NCBI GenBank assembly: GCA_964625945.1 | Contig: CAZVDP010000007.1 | Location: 6,135-70,134, forward strand | Source: an uncultured Dehalococcoidia bacterium | GTDB taxonomy: Bacteria > Chloroflexota > Dehalococcoidia > Lucifugimonadales > UBA1127 | Direction: 5' to 3' | Length of the DNA stretch: 64,000 nucleotides | Shown: positions 47,993 to 58,625 of the stretch, one piece after another | How positions within the stretch are numbered: position 1 is the first letter of the stretch | Layout: each line of letters begins with the position of its first letter | Program-made: the position numbers and the translations under genes | The notes under the pieces: model-generated | Told to the model about the DNA's origin: nothing | Databases searched by the model: none | Seen by the model: only the letters and a program-made list of their open reading frames with translations

Positions 47993-49195
47993 ATGGCCCA
48001 ACCATTAGATGGCAAGACCGTAGTTTTAGGAGTCACAGGCAGTATAGCGTGCTATAAAGCAGCGGACTTAGCCAGTAAACTGGTCCAATCCGGAGCAGCT
48101 GTAAAAGTGATGCTATCCCATAGTGCTCGGAAATTCGTTTCGCCTCTTACGTTCAGTGGAATCACGAACCAACCTGTAATCACTGACCTGTTTGAAGACG
48201 AACAAGGATCGGGGATCGGACACATCAATCTAGCGAACCAAGCCGATATCCTAGTAGCTGCACCAAGCACAGCGAATCTAATTGCGAAATTATCTAACGG
48301 TATCGCTGACGATGCCTTCACAACAACAGTATTAGCCAGCAAAGCCCCTCTACTACTAGCTCCAGCTATGGACGGCAACATGTATCAGAACGTAGCCTTC
48401 CAACGAAATCTCAAAGCGATTAAGCAGATGGGAGCGTATGTACTCGGGCCCGCAAAAGGGAGGCTTGCTTCTGGCATGACAGGCTATGGACGGATGGTAG
48501 AAATCCCGGAATTGCTCGAGAACATTCTTTGGATAGTCGGAAAAGACGGAGACCTAAGAGGTCGCAAAGTGGTGGTCACCGCCGGCGGCACTCAGGAAGC
48601 GATTGACCCAGTTCGCTTCATAGGCAACCGTTCATCGGGGAAGATGGGATACGCGGTCGCTATCGCTGCCAGAAATCGAGGAGCTAGTGTTGTCTTAATC
48701 TCAGCGCCCACTAATCTTCCCAAACCTGCGGGCATTGCTTTAACGAGCGTAACGACATCGCATGAAATGCTTGTCGCCGTTCTGGCTGCCACCGATAAGG
48801 CAGATGCGGTAATTATGGCTGCGGCCCCAGCAGACTTTCGCCCATCCGCAGTATCAAGAACAAAGATAAAGAAGACAATGAAGCAATGGGACCTTCCACT
48901 TGAACGAACCGAAGACATTCTCTCGCAAATCGACGATTCCGTAGTTAAAGTGGGGTTCGCCGCAGAAACCAACGATCTTATCCGATATGCCAAGTCAAAG
49001 CTCAGCAAGAAAGGTGCTCACCTGTTTGTAGCTAACGATATTACTAACCCTGGCAGCGGGTTTGGGACAGATACTAACCAAGTAACTTTGTTGGATCCTG
49101 AAGGGCACCAAGAGCGATTGCCTCTTTTGGACAAGCACGATGTTGCCGATCATATCCTCGATCGAGTGGCAAACCTATTACCGGGAGCCAACTAA
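47993..49195 (+). CDS. coaBC: Bifunctional phosphopantothenoylcysteine decarboxylase / phosphopantothenate--cysteine ligase
   Basis: The flavoprotein domain has 'GVTGSIACYKA' and 'PAMDGNMY'. The CoaB domain has 'VTAGGTQEAIDPVRFIGNRSSGKMG'. Confidence 0.92.
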   Translation: MAQPLDGKTVVLGVTGSIACYKAADLASKLVQSGAAVKVMLSHSARKFVSPLTFSGITNQPVITDLFEDEQGSGIGHINLANQADILVAAPSTANLIAKLSNGIADDAFTTTVLASKAPLLLAPAMDGNMYQNVAFQRNLKAIKQMGAYVLGPAKGRLASGMTGYGRMVEIPELLENILWIVGKDGDLRGRKVVVTAGGTQEAIDPVRFIGNRSSGKMGYAVAIAARNRGASVVLISAPTNLPKPAGIALTSVTTSHEMLVAVLAATDKADAVIMAAAPADFRPSAVSRTKIKKTMKQWDLPLERTEDILSQIDDSVVKVGFAAETNDLIRYAKSKLSKKGAHLFVANDITNPGSGFGTDTNQVTLLDPEGHQERLPLLDKHDVADHILDRVANLLPGAN

Positions 49196-49367
49196 TGCCG
49201 ATTACGGTTCATTGGTATGCTTCGAACCTTCAGCAAGAAGCACCTTCGGAGATGCACAAGCTCATCGATCTCGCTCCTGACTCTAGAGATAGAAATCTGT
49301 GCAGTCCTGAATTCAGAATATCCCATTCGACTAGACGTCAATTCATTCCTTGTATGCGTAAAATTGG

Positions 49368-52040
49368 ATGACTACTTCAAAAGATAACCGACAAATCCCA
49401 CCTACTACGTACGACTCCACACAGGTTGAACAGCGGCTCTACCAAAACTGGCTTCAGGAAGGATATTTTTCTCCTGCTCCCAATCCAGATAAAGACCCTT
49501 TTGTGATTATCCAGCCACCACCTAATGTTACAGGAGAGTTACACCTAGGGCATGCTCAGCGAGTCGCTGTTGAAGACGCACTAACTAGATGGCATCGGAT
49601 GCGCGGCGAACCGACTCTTTGGTTGCCAGGATTGGATCATGCGGGGATTGCCACTCAAGTTGTCGTGGAGCGTGAACTTGCGAAAGAAGGATTAAGTCGT
49701 CACGACCTCGGTCGCAACGAATTCGTGGATCGCGTTTGGGAATGGGTCACCCGATATCGAGGACGAATTCAAGAACAACAACAAAGGCTAGGTGCTTCCT
49801 GTGATTGGAGCCGAGAAGCCTTTACACTTGACCCGAATCCTAGTCAAGCAGTCCGTCATACCTTCGTAAACCTATACCGCAAAGGATTAATTTACAGGGG
49901 AGAACGGATTATCAATTGGTGTATTCGATGCTCCACGGCGCTGTCTGACTTAGAAGTAGAATACGAAGAAATCACCGGCGAACTTTATTACATTCGCTAT
50001 CTTTCAGAAAACAATAACGCCATCGTCGTTGCCACAACAAGACCTGAGACTATGCTTGGAGACACCGCGATTGCGGTTAATCCTGATGATACGAGATACC
50101 AAAACTTGGTAGGGGAGGTCGTATATGTCCCCATTGTAAACCGACCGATCCCAATAATTGCTGACTCTGCCGTTGACCCAGAATTCGGGACAGGAGCGCT
50201 AAAGGTAACACCGGGACACGCTATTGCAGACTTCGAAATCGGCCAACGACATGGACTAGCCATAATCAACGCTATCTCCCCTAACGGAACTATAACTCCA
50301 GAAGCAGGAGCGTTCGAAGGAATCGATAGACTACTATGTCGAACACGTGTGGCAGAAACTCTTCTGTCGGAGGGCCTGCTACAAAAGACTGAGCCCACTC
50401 AACACTCAGTTGGACATTGTCAACGCTGCAGAGAAGTCGTCGAACCTTTAATCAGTAAGCAATGGTTCCTTCAGATGGAACCGCTAGCGAAACCCGCGTT
50501 ACAAGCAGTGGAGTCAGGGGAAATCCAGATCATCCCTGACCACTTCTCACGCGTGTACAAAAATTGGATGGAGAACATCCGAGATTGGTGCATCAGCCGG
50601 CAACTTTGGTGGGGACATCGCATCCCCGTCTGGTACTGTGATGCCTGTCCTGATATTACGGTTGATTACGAGGATCCGAATGTGTGCCAAACGTGCGGCT
50701 CACCTAACATTAGCCAGGACCCGGACGTATTGGATACTTGGTTTAGTTCCGGGCTTTGGACACACTCGACACTTGGATGGCCGTTAGACACTGAAGACTT
50801 CAAAACATTCTATCCCACCACTGTAATGGAAACTGGGTACGATATCCTATTTTTTTGGGTCGCTAGAATGATCATGCTGGGCATTGAAAATACTGGTAAG
50901 ACTCCTTTTAAGACAGTTTACCTGAGCGGTTTAATCCGTGATCCTGAAGGCGTAAAAATGAGCAAGACCCGCGGGAACGTGATCGATCCTGTTGAAGCCA
51001 TCAACACGTACGGTGCAGACGCCCTACGTTTTGCGTTGACGAACGGTAACGCCGCCGGAAATGACGCTCGCCTCGGGCCAGAAAAGCTGGAATCAGCACG
51101 CAACTTCGCCAATAAGCTTTGGAATGCCACCAGATATGTGTTAAGAAATATCGATGACGCCTCGGATTCGATAGTTTGGGCGGACATGGAAACAAATCAT
51201 GTCCAAGATAAGTGGATCCTGAGTCGTCACTCCCGACTAGTTCAACGAGTCTCTCACGCTCTAAACGAATACCAGCTGGGAGAGGCAGAACAAGCTATTC
51301 ACGATTTTCTATGGGGCGATTTTTGTGACTGGTATATTGAGGTCACGAAGATTCGGTTACGAGTTGACGATCTGTCACCTCTTCCCGTCCTCGCCCACGT
51401 CCTTGAATCGACACTGCGACTATTACATCCGTTCATGCCTTTTATTACAGAGGAACTTTGGCAACACCTGACGAAGAGACTCAACGACGATCGTAAGTTC
51501 ACTGCTTCAATTGTAGTCGCACCTTATCCTGAGCCTGATGACAGTTTAATCGATGGACAAGCAGAAGATGATTTCGGGACAGTCGCGGACATTATACGAG
51601 CTATCCGTAACGTACGAGCAGAGCTCCATATCGAGCCCACGCGTCCTTTGGACGCTTTTGTGTTCGCTAAAAGCAAGCAGAAATTAATAGAAAGTGAATC
51701 CGCAACTATATGTTCCTTAGCACGCTTATCCAGACTCCAATTCTTGGAAGGGGCCGAGGCAGCACCCCCTAAAGGCGCTTTAACACTAGTGGTTGGTACG
51801 ATCGCGCTTTTCCTCCCATTAGGCGGGATCGTAGATATAAGAAGCGAACGAGAAAGATTACATAGAGATCGAGTAATCACAATAACGGAGCTAGAAAACG
51901 TCACAAAACGTGTCACCAGTAAGAATTTTCTCGACCGAGCCCCGGAAGAAGTCGTTTCCAAAGAAAAGGCGAAGGCAGAAAAGCTTCGTGAAAGGACTAA
52001 CCAGATCGATTCCTTACTCGAACGACTTGATGCAGAATGA
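49368..52040 (+). CDS. valS: Valine--tRNA ligase
   Basis: It has the HIGH motif 'PNVTGELHLGHA', the KMSKS motif 'KMSKTRGN', a CP1 editing domain and a C-terminal coiled coil. Confidence 0.95.
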   Translation: MTTSKDNRQIPPTTYDSTQVEQRLYQNWLQEGYFSPAPNPDKDPFVIIQPPPNVTGELHLGHAQRVAVEDALTRWHRMRGEPTLWLPGLDHAGIATQVVVERELAKEGLSRHDLGRNEFVDRVWEWVTRYRGRIQEQQQRLGASCDWSREAFTLDPNPSQAVRHTFVNLYRKGLIYRGERIINWCIRCSTALSDLEVEYEEITGELYYIRYLSENNNAIVVATTRPETMLGDTAIAVNPDDTRYQNLVGEVVYVPIVNRPIPIIADSAVDPEFGTGALKVTPGHAIADFEIGQRHGLAIINAISPNGTITPEAGAFEGIDRLLCRTRVAETLLSEGLLQKTEPTQHSVGHCQRCREVVEPLISKQWFLQMEPLAKPALQAVESGEIQIIPDHFSRVYKNWMENIRDWCISRQLWWGHRIPVWYCDACPDITVDYEDPNVCQTCGSPNISQDPDVLDTWFSSGLWTHSTLGWPLDTEDFKTFYPTTVMETGYDILFFWVARMIMLGIENTGKTPFKTVYLSGLIRDPEGVKMSKTRGNVIDPVEAINTYGADALRFALTNGNAAGNDARLGPEKLESARNFANKLWNATRYVLRNIDDASDSIVWADMETNHVQDKWILSRHSRLVQRVSHALNEYQLGEAEQAIHDFLWGDFCDWYIEVTKIRLRVDDLSPLPVLAHVLESTLRLLHPFMPFITEELWQHLTKRLNDDRKFTASIVVAPYPEPDDSLIDGQAEDDFGTVADIIRAIRNVRAELHIEPTRPLDAFVFAKSKQKLIESESATICSLARLSRLQFLEGAEAAPPKGALTLVVGTIALFLPLGGIVDIRSERERLHRDRVITITELENVTKRVTSKNFLDRAPEEVVSKEKAKAEKLRERTNQIDSLLERLDAE

Positions 52041-52044
52041 CTTA

Positions 52045-52539
52045 CTAGCCACTAGTAAAGTCAATGATCAGACGTATACCATCCTCAAGGTTGATCCCCA
52101 AAGGATCCTCTCCATCGCAGTCAGGGATGCTAGGAGCGGGAGAACAGAACGGTTCCCCATTCACAGACGCATTATCTACATCTAAACCCCAATACGGTCC
52201 ATCCTCGCCCCACACCTCTAAAAAGTCGCGCACAGTGAACTGTACGCCTGTAGGGCTTTCCACATGGACCACAAAGTCGTCTGCATGAGTGTGGAGAGGC
52301 CTCATGCAATTTTCACTGATACCGATACCTGCAGGTAATGCCTGAGGAAGCCGATTGAATACCGGATAAAATTCGACGTGGATGTGCACGTTTAATTTAT
52401 CGTGCTCCACACACTGACTAATAGCTTCAGTAGCATTCTGTTCACCACTAGAAGTCGCACAACCAAAAACTCCCAGAACAATAACTAGAAGAACACCATA
52501 GAAACTAAAATACTTCCCCAGCCCCATTTTCGTAGTCAA
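52045..52539 (-). CDS. Hypothetical lipoprotein with His-rich motifs
   Basis: It has a signal peptide with lipobox 'LGVFGC', plus 'HIHVEF' and 'PLHTHADDFVVHVES'. The function is unknown. Confidence 0.55.
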   Translation of the reverse strand: MTTKMGLGKYFSFYGVLLVIVLGVFGCATSSGEQNATEAISQCVEHDKLNVHIHVEFYPVFNRLPQALPAGIGISENCMRPLHTHADDFVVHVESPTGVQFTVRDFLEVWGEDGPYWGLDVDNASVNGEPFCSPAPSIPDCDGEDPLGINLEDGIRLIIDFTSG

Positions 52540-52561
52540 GATTTACCCCTCCATATAGCCA

Positions 52562-53290
52562 TTATCGCTGATTGTGAACACTCTTGTAGATTGCTCTCGG
52601 ATGATCGGATAACCAATCTAGGCCTTTTCTTGTGTCACTAGCAATCCGTTCCTTCTCACTATTCTCTAAACGCAACTTGAATAACCAATAGGTGAACTCA
52701 GCCGTCTCATCAAAATTCGTACCGATTCTTAAGTCTCTATATTTTGTAATAAGAGCGTCTTTACTCTCATCATAAATCCGTACGTACGATTCATCGTGCG
52801 GGTCCCAGTCAATGGGTAACCCTCTACTTCCACGCTCCTTACGGATTTCATCGTCTACCGCTCGCTGGATTGCTTGCTCGACAATCACCCCGTACCAGTA
52901 GTTAAGAAAGGCCCGATACTTCTCAATACCTAGAGATTTTCGTATCACACTTCGGGGGAGTTCTGCGAGAAACGATGGGACCAACGCTTTACTATCAATC
53001 GTCACAGAGGAACCCATCTCTCCTAATAACCTACGTCCGAGTAAGGGCCAGTTAAACGCTTCGTCTTGGATCAGATATCTATAATGCTGAGTCCCAACAA
53101 CCTCTTCACGTACAGTCCACAACCCCATAGCTTCGACCAACGCATGTGGCCAAGCGACGCCTTTGTCTAGAGCATCTTTCAAATGCCACACCGCTTCCTT
53201 GGAAGAGCCTAGACAGGTTCCTACGCTAAAGTCGCTGCCTATAAATCCTTTGTCGTCCCCAAAGTCACTTGCGCGACTATTACCGAACAT
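52562..53290 (-). CDS. Hypothetical protein
   Basis: It is a 242-aa ORF on the same strand as its neighbours. No family was recognised. Confidence 0.5.
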   Translation of the reverse strand: MFGNSRASDFGDDKGFIGSDFSVGTCLGSSKEAVWHLKDALDKGVAWPHALVEAMGLWTVREEVVGTQHYRYLIQDEAFNWPLLGRRLLGEMGSSVTIDSKALVPSFLAELPRSVIRKSLGIEKYRAFLNYWYGVIVEQAIQRAVDDEIRKERGSRGLPIDWDPHDESYVRIYDESKDALITKYRDLRIGTNFDETAEFTYWLFKLRLENSEKERIASDTRKGLDWLSDHPRAIYKSVHNQR

Positions 53291-53396
53291 TACCCAAAGC
53301 CTCGGCGTAGGTTCAGGTCAGGTTTGAGCCATACAATAATAAGAGAGAAGTAATTCGCATTTACACGCATGGGGATCTCATCATCAAGGACAGCTT

Positions 53397-56108
53397 TCAT
53401 GCAGAAGCTCCATGGCATCTCTTGAATTTCATCCCGCTTCCACAATGACACGGATCGTTACGACCTATTTTGCGGTTCGACATCGATGTAGCGTGATCGT
53501 GTTGAACCTTCTTGACTGGAACTCTCGAATCAATTCGACCACTGGAAAATCGTGAACGTGATCTGCCGCCGGGTGCTACTCGTCCATTTGTATTCATAGT
53601 AGCGTTAAAGACCATGCGGACCACATCAGATTGGATGTTAGCCATAATTTCCTGGAATTTCTCATGAGCCTCGGTCCGATAAACGACCAATGGGTCCCGT
53701 TGTCCATAAGCATGCAAGCCGACTCCTTGTCGCAAATTCTCCATTGCTGTCAGGTGAATCAGCCAATGTGCATCGATCGTTCTCAACATGACCAGCCGCT
53801 CCACCTCACGCATCGCTTCAGGCCCCATCGCGGCTTCTTGTATATCGTACTGCCCGTGAACATGGTTTATTACTTTATCCCGTATGTCATCAAGGGGTAT
53901 TTGCTCCAAGGCATCCCGGTGGAACTCAGACGGTAACGTCAACCACGTCTGGAGTTCACCGAGAAAGCCATCCATATTTGGCTCTTCCAGTTCCCTATTT
54001 GTTATGTATGCCTCAAACAGAATGTCTACTTCTCGTTCGAACATAGTAAGAATATTCAAACGTAAATCTGCACCTTGAAGGACTTTACGGCGCTCGCCAT
54101 AGATGACTTCTCGATGTGTGTTTATGACATCATCATACTGAACTAAGTGTTTCCGAAGTTCGAAATGGTACCCCTCAACACGACTTTGTGAACTTTCAAT
54201 CACGCGTGTTACCATCCGGTTTTCGATAGGCTGGCCCTCGTCAAGTCCAGCCCAATCCATAATGGATTTGATCCGGTCTCCCCCAAACCTACGCATCAAA
54301 TCGTCGTCTAAGGCTGCATAAAACCTCGACCCTCCTGGATCCCCTTGTCGCCCTGCTCGGCCCCTAAGTTGATTATCAATTCGTCGTGCCTCATGTTTCT
54401 CCGTCCCAACAACAAACAACCCCCCCAGTTCTACTACTCGATCGTGCTCTTCTTGCCACCCGACTTGGATTTCTTGCCTCATGGAAGTCAGCAAATCAGA
54501 GCCTGCTGTTGCCACCGACGATCCTTGTTGTTTTAGCGCTTCTTCTAAGGCTGCGTTCGGATTTCCACCAAGGACGATGTCGGTGCCCCGTCCGGCCATG
54601 TTCGTAGCGACAGTCAGTGCACCCAGTCGCCCAGCGTCTGCCACTATGCTAGCTTCTCTTTCATGTTGCTTCGCGTTCAAGATTTGGTGCACTATGCCTT
54701 GGCGTTTCAACAACATACTCAAATGTTCTGAACTCTCGATAGAAGTCGTGCCCACTAGAATAGGCTGACCAGTACTATGCCTTTCCTGTATCTCTCGGAC
54801 CAATGCCTTCCATTTACCTGAGCTAGTCTTGTAAATATGGTCAGATAAATCCTCACGGGCCATTGGCTGGTGCGTTGGAATCACGGACACCTCTAAACCA
54901 TAAATCCCGCCTAATTCTTCCGCTTCCGTGACAGCCGTTCCAGTCATTCCGGCCAACTTCGAATACATGCGAAAATAATTCTGTAACGTAATAGTCGCGT
55001 ACGTTAAACTCTCCTGTTGAACTCGAACTCCTTCTTTAGCTTCAATAGCCTGGTGTAACCCGTCCCCATATCGTCGCCCTTCCATAAGGCGACCCGTGAA
55101 TTCGTCCACAATGATAACTTGACCACGGTTTACCACGTAATCTTTATCTTTACGATATATGACCTCGGCGCGGAGAGCGTTTTCCAAATAGTGGATCAAC
55201 AATGAGTTCTGAGGGTCATAAAGGTTAGATAAATTTAGTAATCGTTCGACTCGCGCGATGCCATCGAGCGTGAGATTAACTGCTCGTTGCTTCTCTTCAA
55301 TCGTGTAGTCTTTCTCAATCTGGAGCCTAGGAACCAACCGCGCCATCATGCCATAGGTCTGGTTAGATTCTTGGGCTGGTCCGCTGATGATTAAGGGAGT
55401 CCTCGCCTCATCAATTAAGATGTAGTCGACTTCGTCGACAATCGCAAAATGATTACCACGTTGCACAACTTGAACATTTTCCACGGCCATATTATCTCGG
55501 AGATAATCGAAGCCGAAATCGTGGTTCGTGCCATAAGTGATATCGCAGTCATACGCGATTTTTCGATCTATCTGACGCAAGGACCGAACGGACGGATCCT
55601 CAGTTAAGACTTCAGGAGCGAATTGGTACGCTCCTTCGTGATATAAACTACTGACTGTCATCCCTAGTAGATGGTAAATCGGGCCCATCCACTGAACATC
55701 TCGCTTTGCCAAATAATCATTGACGGTAACAACGTGGACCCCTTTCCCTTCCAATGCGTTCAAATATGCGGGCAATGTGGCCGCCAAAGTTTTCCCTTCA
55801 CCGGTGCGCATCTCGGCGACCTTACCTTGATGGAGTATCAACCCTCCAATCAACTGGACGTCGAAATGTCGAAGCCCGATAGTGCGACGTGATGCTTCGC
55901 GGACCGCACTAAACGCCTCTGGCAGTAGTGCATCGAGGGATTCGCCGCCTAATAGCCGTTGCTTGAAAGCAATCGTCTTGCCATGGAGTTCACTATCGGC
56001 GAGACGAAGATATTGTTCCTCAAGCGCGTTGATGCGTTCCAACAGTGGACGCATCTTCTTCAGTCGTCTATCATCACTATTTCCAAAGAGCTTGGTGAAG
56101 CCAAGCAT
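53397..56108 (-). CDS. secA: Preprotein translocase ATPase SecA
   Basis: It has the DEAD-like motor 'MRTGEGKTL' and 'VDEVDYILIDEARTPLIISG', and a C-terminal zinc motif 'CHCGSGMKFKRCHG'. The likely start is 'MLGFTKLFG' (ATG 56108, with GAGGA 8 nt upstream), whereas the track start is 56123. Confidence 0.95.
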   Translation of the reverse strand: MLGFTKLFGNSDDRRLKKMRPLLERINALEEQYLRLADSELHGKTIAFKQRLLGGESLDALLPEAFSAVREASRRTIGLRHFDVQLIGGLILHQGKVAEMRTGEGKTLAATLPAYLNALEGKGVHVVTVNDYLAKRDVQWMGPIYHLLGMTVSSLYHEGAYQFAPEVLTEDPSVRSLRQIDRKIAYDCDITYGTNHDFGFDYLRDNMAVENVQVVQRGNHFAIVDEVDYILIDEARTPLIISGPAQESNQTYGMMARLVPRLQIEKDYTIEEKQRAVNLTLDGIARVERLLNLSNLYDPQNSLLIHYLENALRAEVIYRKDKDYVVNRGQVIIVDEFTGRLMEGRRYGDGLHQAIEAKEGVRVQQESLTYATITLQNYFRMYSKLAGMTGTAVTEAEELGGIYGLEVSVIPTHQPMAREDLSDHIYKTSSGKWKALVREIQERHSTGQPILVGTTSIESSEHLSMLLKRQGIVHQILNAKQHEREASIVADAGRLGALTVATNMAGRGTDIVLGGNPNAALEEALKQQGSSVATAGSDLLTSMRQEIQVGWQEEHDRVVELGGLFVVGTEKHEARRIDNQLRGRAGRQGDPGGSRFYAALDDDLMRRFGGDRIKSIMDWAGLDEGQPIENRMVTRVIESSQSRVEGYHFELRKHLVQYDDVINTHREVIYGERRKVLQGADLRLNILTMFEREVDILFEAYITNRELEEPNMDGFLGELQTWLTLPSEFHRDALEQIPLDDIRDKVINHVHGQYDIQEAAMGPEAMREVERLVMLRTIDAHWLIHLTAMENLRQGVGLHAYGQRDPLVVYRTEAHEKFQEIMANIQSDVVRMVFNATMNTNGRVAPGGRSRSRFSSGRIDSRVPVKKVQHDHATSMSNRKIGRNDPCHCGSGMKFKRCHGASA

Positions 56109-56132
56109 CGAAGCCATCCTCACAAATCAGTC

Positions 56133-57122
56133 TTACATATCGTCCCTAGCAGGACTGTATTCATTCATGGCACTCCATTCCTCGAACATCGCCCCAACAG
56201 AGGTTCCCGCATGAATCCGTCGAATAGCTTCGCCCAAGAGAGGAGCTACTGAGAGCACGCTAATCTTTCTGGTATTTCTGGTAGTCCCGATATGAGGTAG
56301 AGAGTCCGTTACTACTAATTCCTGAATATTGCTCGAATCGATCTTGTCGAGTACTGGGCCCGAAAATACGCCGTGGGTACAACACGCATATACTGCGTTT
56401 ACCCCTTGATTTTCCAAGGCGTCCACAGCGGATAACAAAGTCCCGCCTGTGTCGGTCTCATCATCGAAAGTAATAGCAGTGCGTCCACTAACATCTCCGA
56501 TTACATTCAGGCTCTCTGTGTTTTGTGAATTACCCACACGTCTCTTTTCGATAATAGCGAGCGGTGCTCCCAATAGCTCCGCAAGGTTTCTTGCTCGCTT
56601 ACTAATTCCGATATCAACCGCAACAACTACGGGATCTTTAAGCTTGATTTCTGTGAAGTGCCTTACTAGCAAAGGCAATCCGGTAAGTTCATCTACTGGG
56701 ATATTAAAGAAGCCTTGAATCTGTCCCGCGTGGAGGTCAAGCGTCAAAACACGCTGGGCCCCAGCTACTGTAATCAGATCAGCTAGTAGTCGCGCAGTGA
56801 TTGGAACTCGAGGCTGATCTTTTTTATCTGTTCTCCCATACGCCATATACGGAAGAACGGCGGTGATACGCCCGGCGGAGGCTCTCCGGGCCGCGTCGAT
56901 CATGATCAATAGTTCCATCACGTGATCGTTAACTGGGTAAGAGAAAGGCTGGATTATAAAGACATCCTGATCTCGAATGTTTTCTTGATACTGAACGAAC
57001 GTGTTATCATTTGTGAACTTAAAAACTTGTGCTTTCCCTAAAGGCATATTGAGGTAATCACAGACAGAATGAGCCAAATCGGGGTGCGCTGTTCCTGTAA
57101 AAATCTTGAGTTCGTTCGGCAT
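56133..57122 (-). CDS. prs: Ribose-phosphate diphosphokinase
   Basis: It begins 'LKIFTGTAHPDLA' and has 'DLHAGQIQGFF' and 'DDETDTGGTL'. The track ORF is extended to 57284. ATG 57122 has GGAGG about 10 nt upstream. Confidence 0.92.
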   Translation of the reverse strand: MPNELKIFTGTAHPDLAHSVCDYLNMPLGKAQVFKFTNDNTFVQYQENIRDQDVFIIQPFSYPVNDHVMELLIMIDAARRASAGRITAVLPYMAYGRTDKKDQPRVPITARLLADLITVAGAQRVLTLDLHAGQIQGFFNIPVDELTGLPLLVRHFTEIKLKDPVVVAVDIGISKRARNLAELLGAPLAIIEKRRVGNSQNTESLNVIGDVSGRTAITFDDETDTGGTLLSAVDALENQGVNAVYACCTHGVFSGPVLDKIDSSNIQELVVTDSLPHIGTTRNTRKISVLSVAPLLGEAIRRIHAGTSVGAMFEEWSAMNEYSPARDDM

Positions 57123-57327
57123 TGTTCTCATACCTCCTATTAGGGGCGCACACTTTCGCGGCTTAGAGCGCGTACTGCGCTGAGCTGCGCCGAGAATTAT
57201 ACCATAGTAACCTGTCATCCTTTCTACTTCACACATCACTGGAAACGCCTCACGATTTTGCCTTTGCAATCCTATTTGGTACAATGGGCTCGCTTCAACA
57301 TCCTGTTATAGAAAAGGAATTTGTTTA

Positions 57328-58614
57328 ATGCCCGCCTACGGAGTCATCGGAGGCCAATGGGGAGACGAGGGAAAAGGCAAGATTATAGATTACCTGGCGC
57401 AGAACGCGGATATCGTAGCAAGGTTTTCCGGAGGGAACAATGCGGGACATACTGTCCTAAACGAACAAGGAGAATTTAAGCTCCACCTTATCCCGTCAGG
57501 AATATTCGCTACCCGAGCGACCTGCGTAATCGGCAACGGCCTAGTTTTAGACATAAACGTGCTTCGGGCTGAAGTTGAGGGACTAGAAGCAAGAGGGGTT
57601 GACACCAGTCGCCTACAAGTCAGCGACCGTGCTCACATCATCATGCCATACCATATTCTCCAAGACCAATTGGAGGAAAAATCTAGAGGGCAAAATGCAC
57701 TAGGAACTACTGGCCGAGGCGTCGGGCCAGCATATGTAGACAAGACTGCTCGCTCGGGCATCAGAGTGGGCGATCTATTAAACAAGGAAGAACTGAATAC
57801 AAGGCTGCGTCAAATCGTCACAGAAAAGAATATCCTCATTCAACGCGTATATGGCGGAGAGCCGTTTTCGCCAGACGAAATCCTCGACGCCTGCTCTGAA
57901 TGGCGTGAATGGCTTGCCCCCTTCATAGCTCCCGTGGAATCGACAGTCCAAACTGCCCTAAACGAAGGGAAGAAAATCCTTCTTGAAGGGGCTCAAGGTG
58001 CCCTGCTGGATTTAGACCACGGTACGTACCCATACGTCACTTCTTCACACCCAACGATTGGTGGCGCCGCGATCGGGCTAGGAATTGGATACCGCTCCCT
58101 CAAGGGGGTAGCGGGTGTGTACAAAGCATATACAACTCGTGTGGGCTCAGGCCCAATGCCAACGGAGCTAGACGAGACAATGGGAGAGTCCATACGAGAT
58201 AAAGCGTGGGAATACGGCACGACAACCGGACGAGCACGGCGAGTGGGATGGTTCGACGGAATTGCAGCACGGCACAGTGCATCAGTGAACGAGTTCAGCG
58301 CATCCATCCTTACCCGTTTAGACGTCTTGGATGGATTTGATAAAGTTAGGATCTGCGTTGGTTATAGGCTCGACGGTCAACGAATCAACTATTTCCCAAG
58401 TAGCGCATCTAGCCTAGAAAGGTGTGAGCCTATCTATGAGGACTTTGAGGGATGGGACCAGCCGACTGCCGGCCTAACCGAATGGAAGAAGTTGCCATCT
58501 AAGGCACAGGTCTATGTCGAGCGGCTCCAAGAGGTGATTGGCTGTCCTATCGCCATCATCTCAACTGGTCCTCATCGGCACGAGACAATCCAAATTCACG
58601 AGTTCATCGCCTGA
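57328..58614 (+). CDS. purA: Adenylosuccinate synthetase
   Basis: It has 'GGQWGDEGKGK', 'GGNNAGHT', 'GTTGRGVGPAY' and 'GTTTGRARR'. Confidence 0.95.
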   Translation: MPAYGVIGGQWGDEGKGKIIDYLAQNADIVARFSGGNNAGHTVLNEQGEFKLHLIPSGIFATRATCVIGNGLVLDINVLRAEVEGLEARGVDTSRLQVSDRAHIIMPYHILQDQLEEKSRGQNALGTTGRGVGPAYVDKTARSGIRVGDLLNKEELNTRLRQIVTEKNILIQRVYGGEPFSPDEILDACSEWREWLAPFIAPVESTVQTALNEGKKILLEGAQGALLDLDHGTYPYVTSSHPTIGGAAIGLGIGYRSLKGVAGVYKAYTTRVGSGPMPTELDETMGESIRDKAWEYGTTTGRARRVGWFDGIAARHSASVNEFSASILTRLDVLDGFDKVRICVGYRLDGQRINYFPSSASSLERCEPIYEDFEGWDQPTAGLTEWKKLPSKAQVYVERLQEVIGCPIAIISTGPHRHETIQIHEFIA

Positions 58615-58625
58615 GACTTCAGTCT

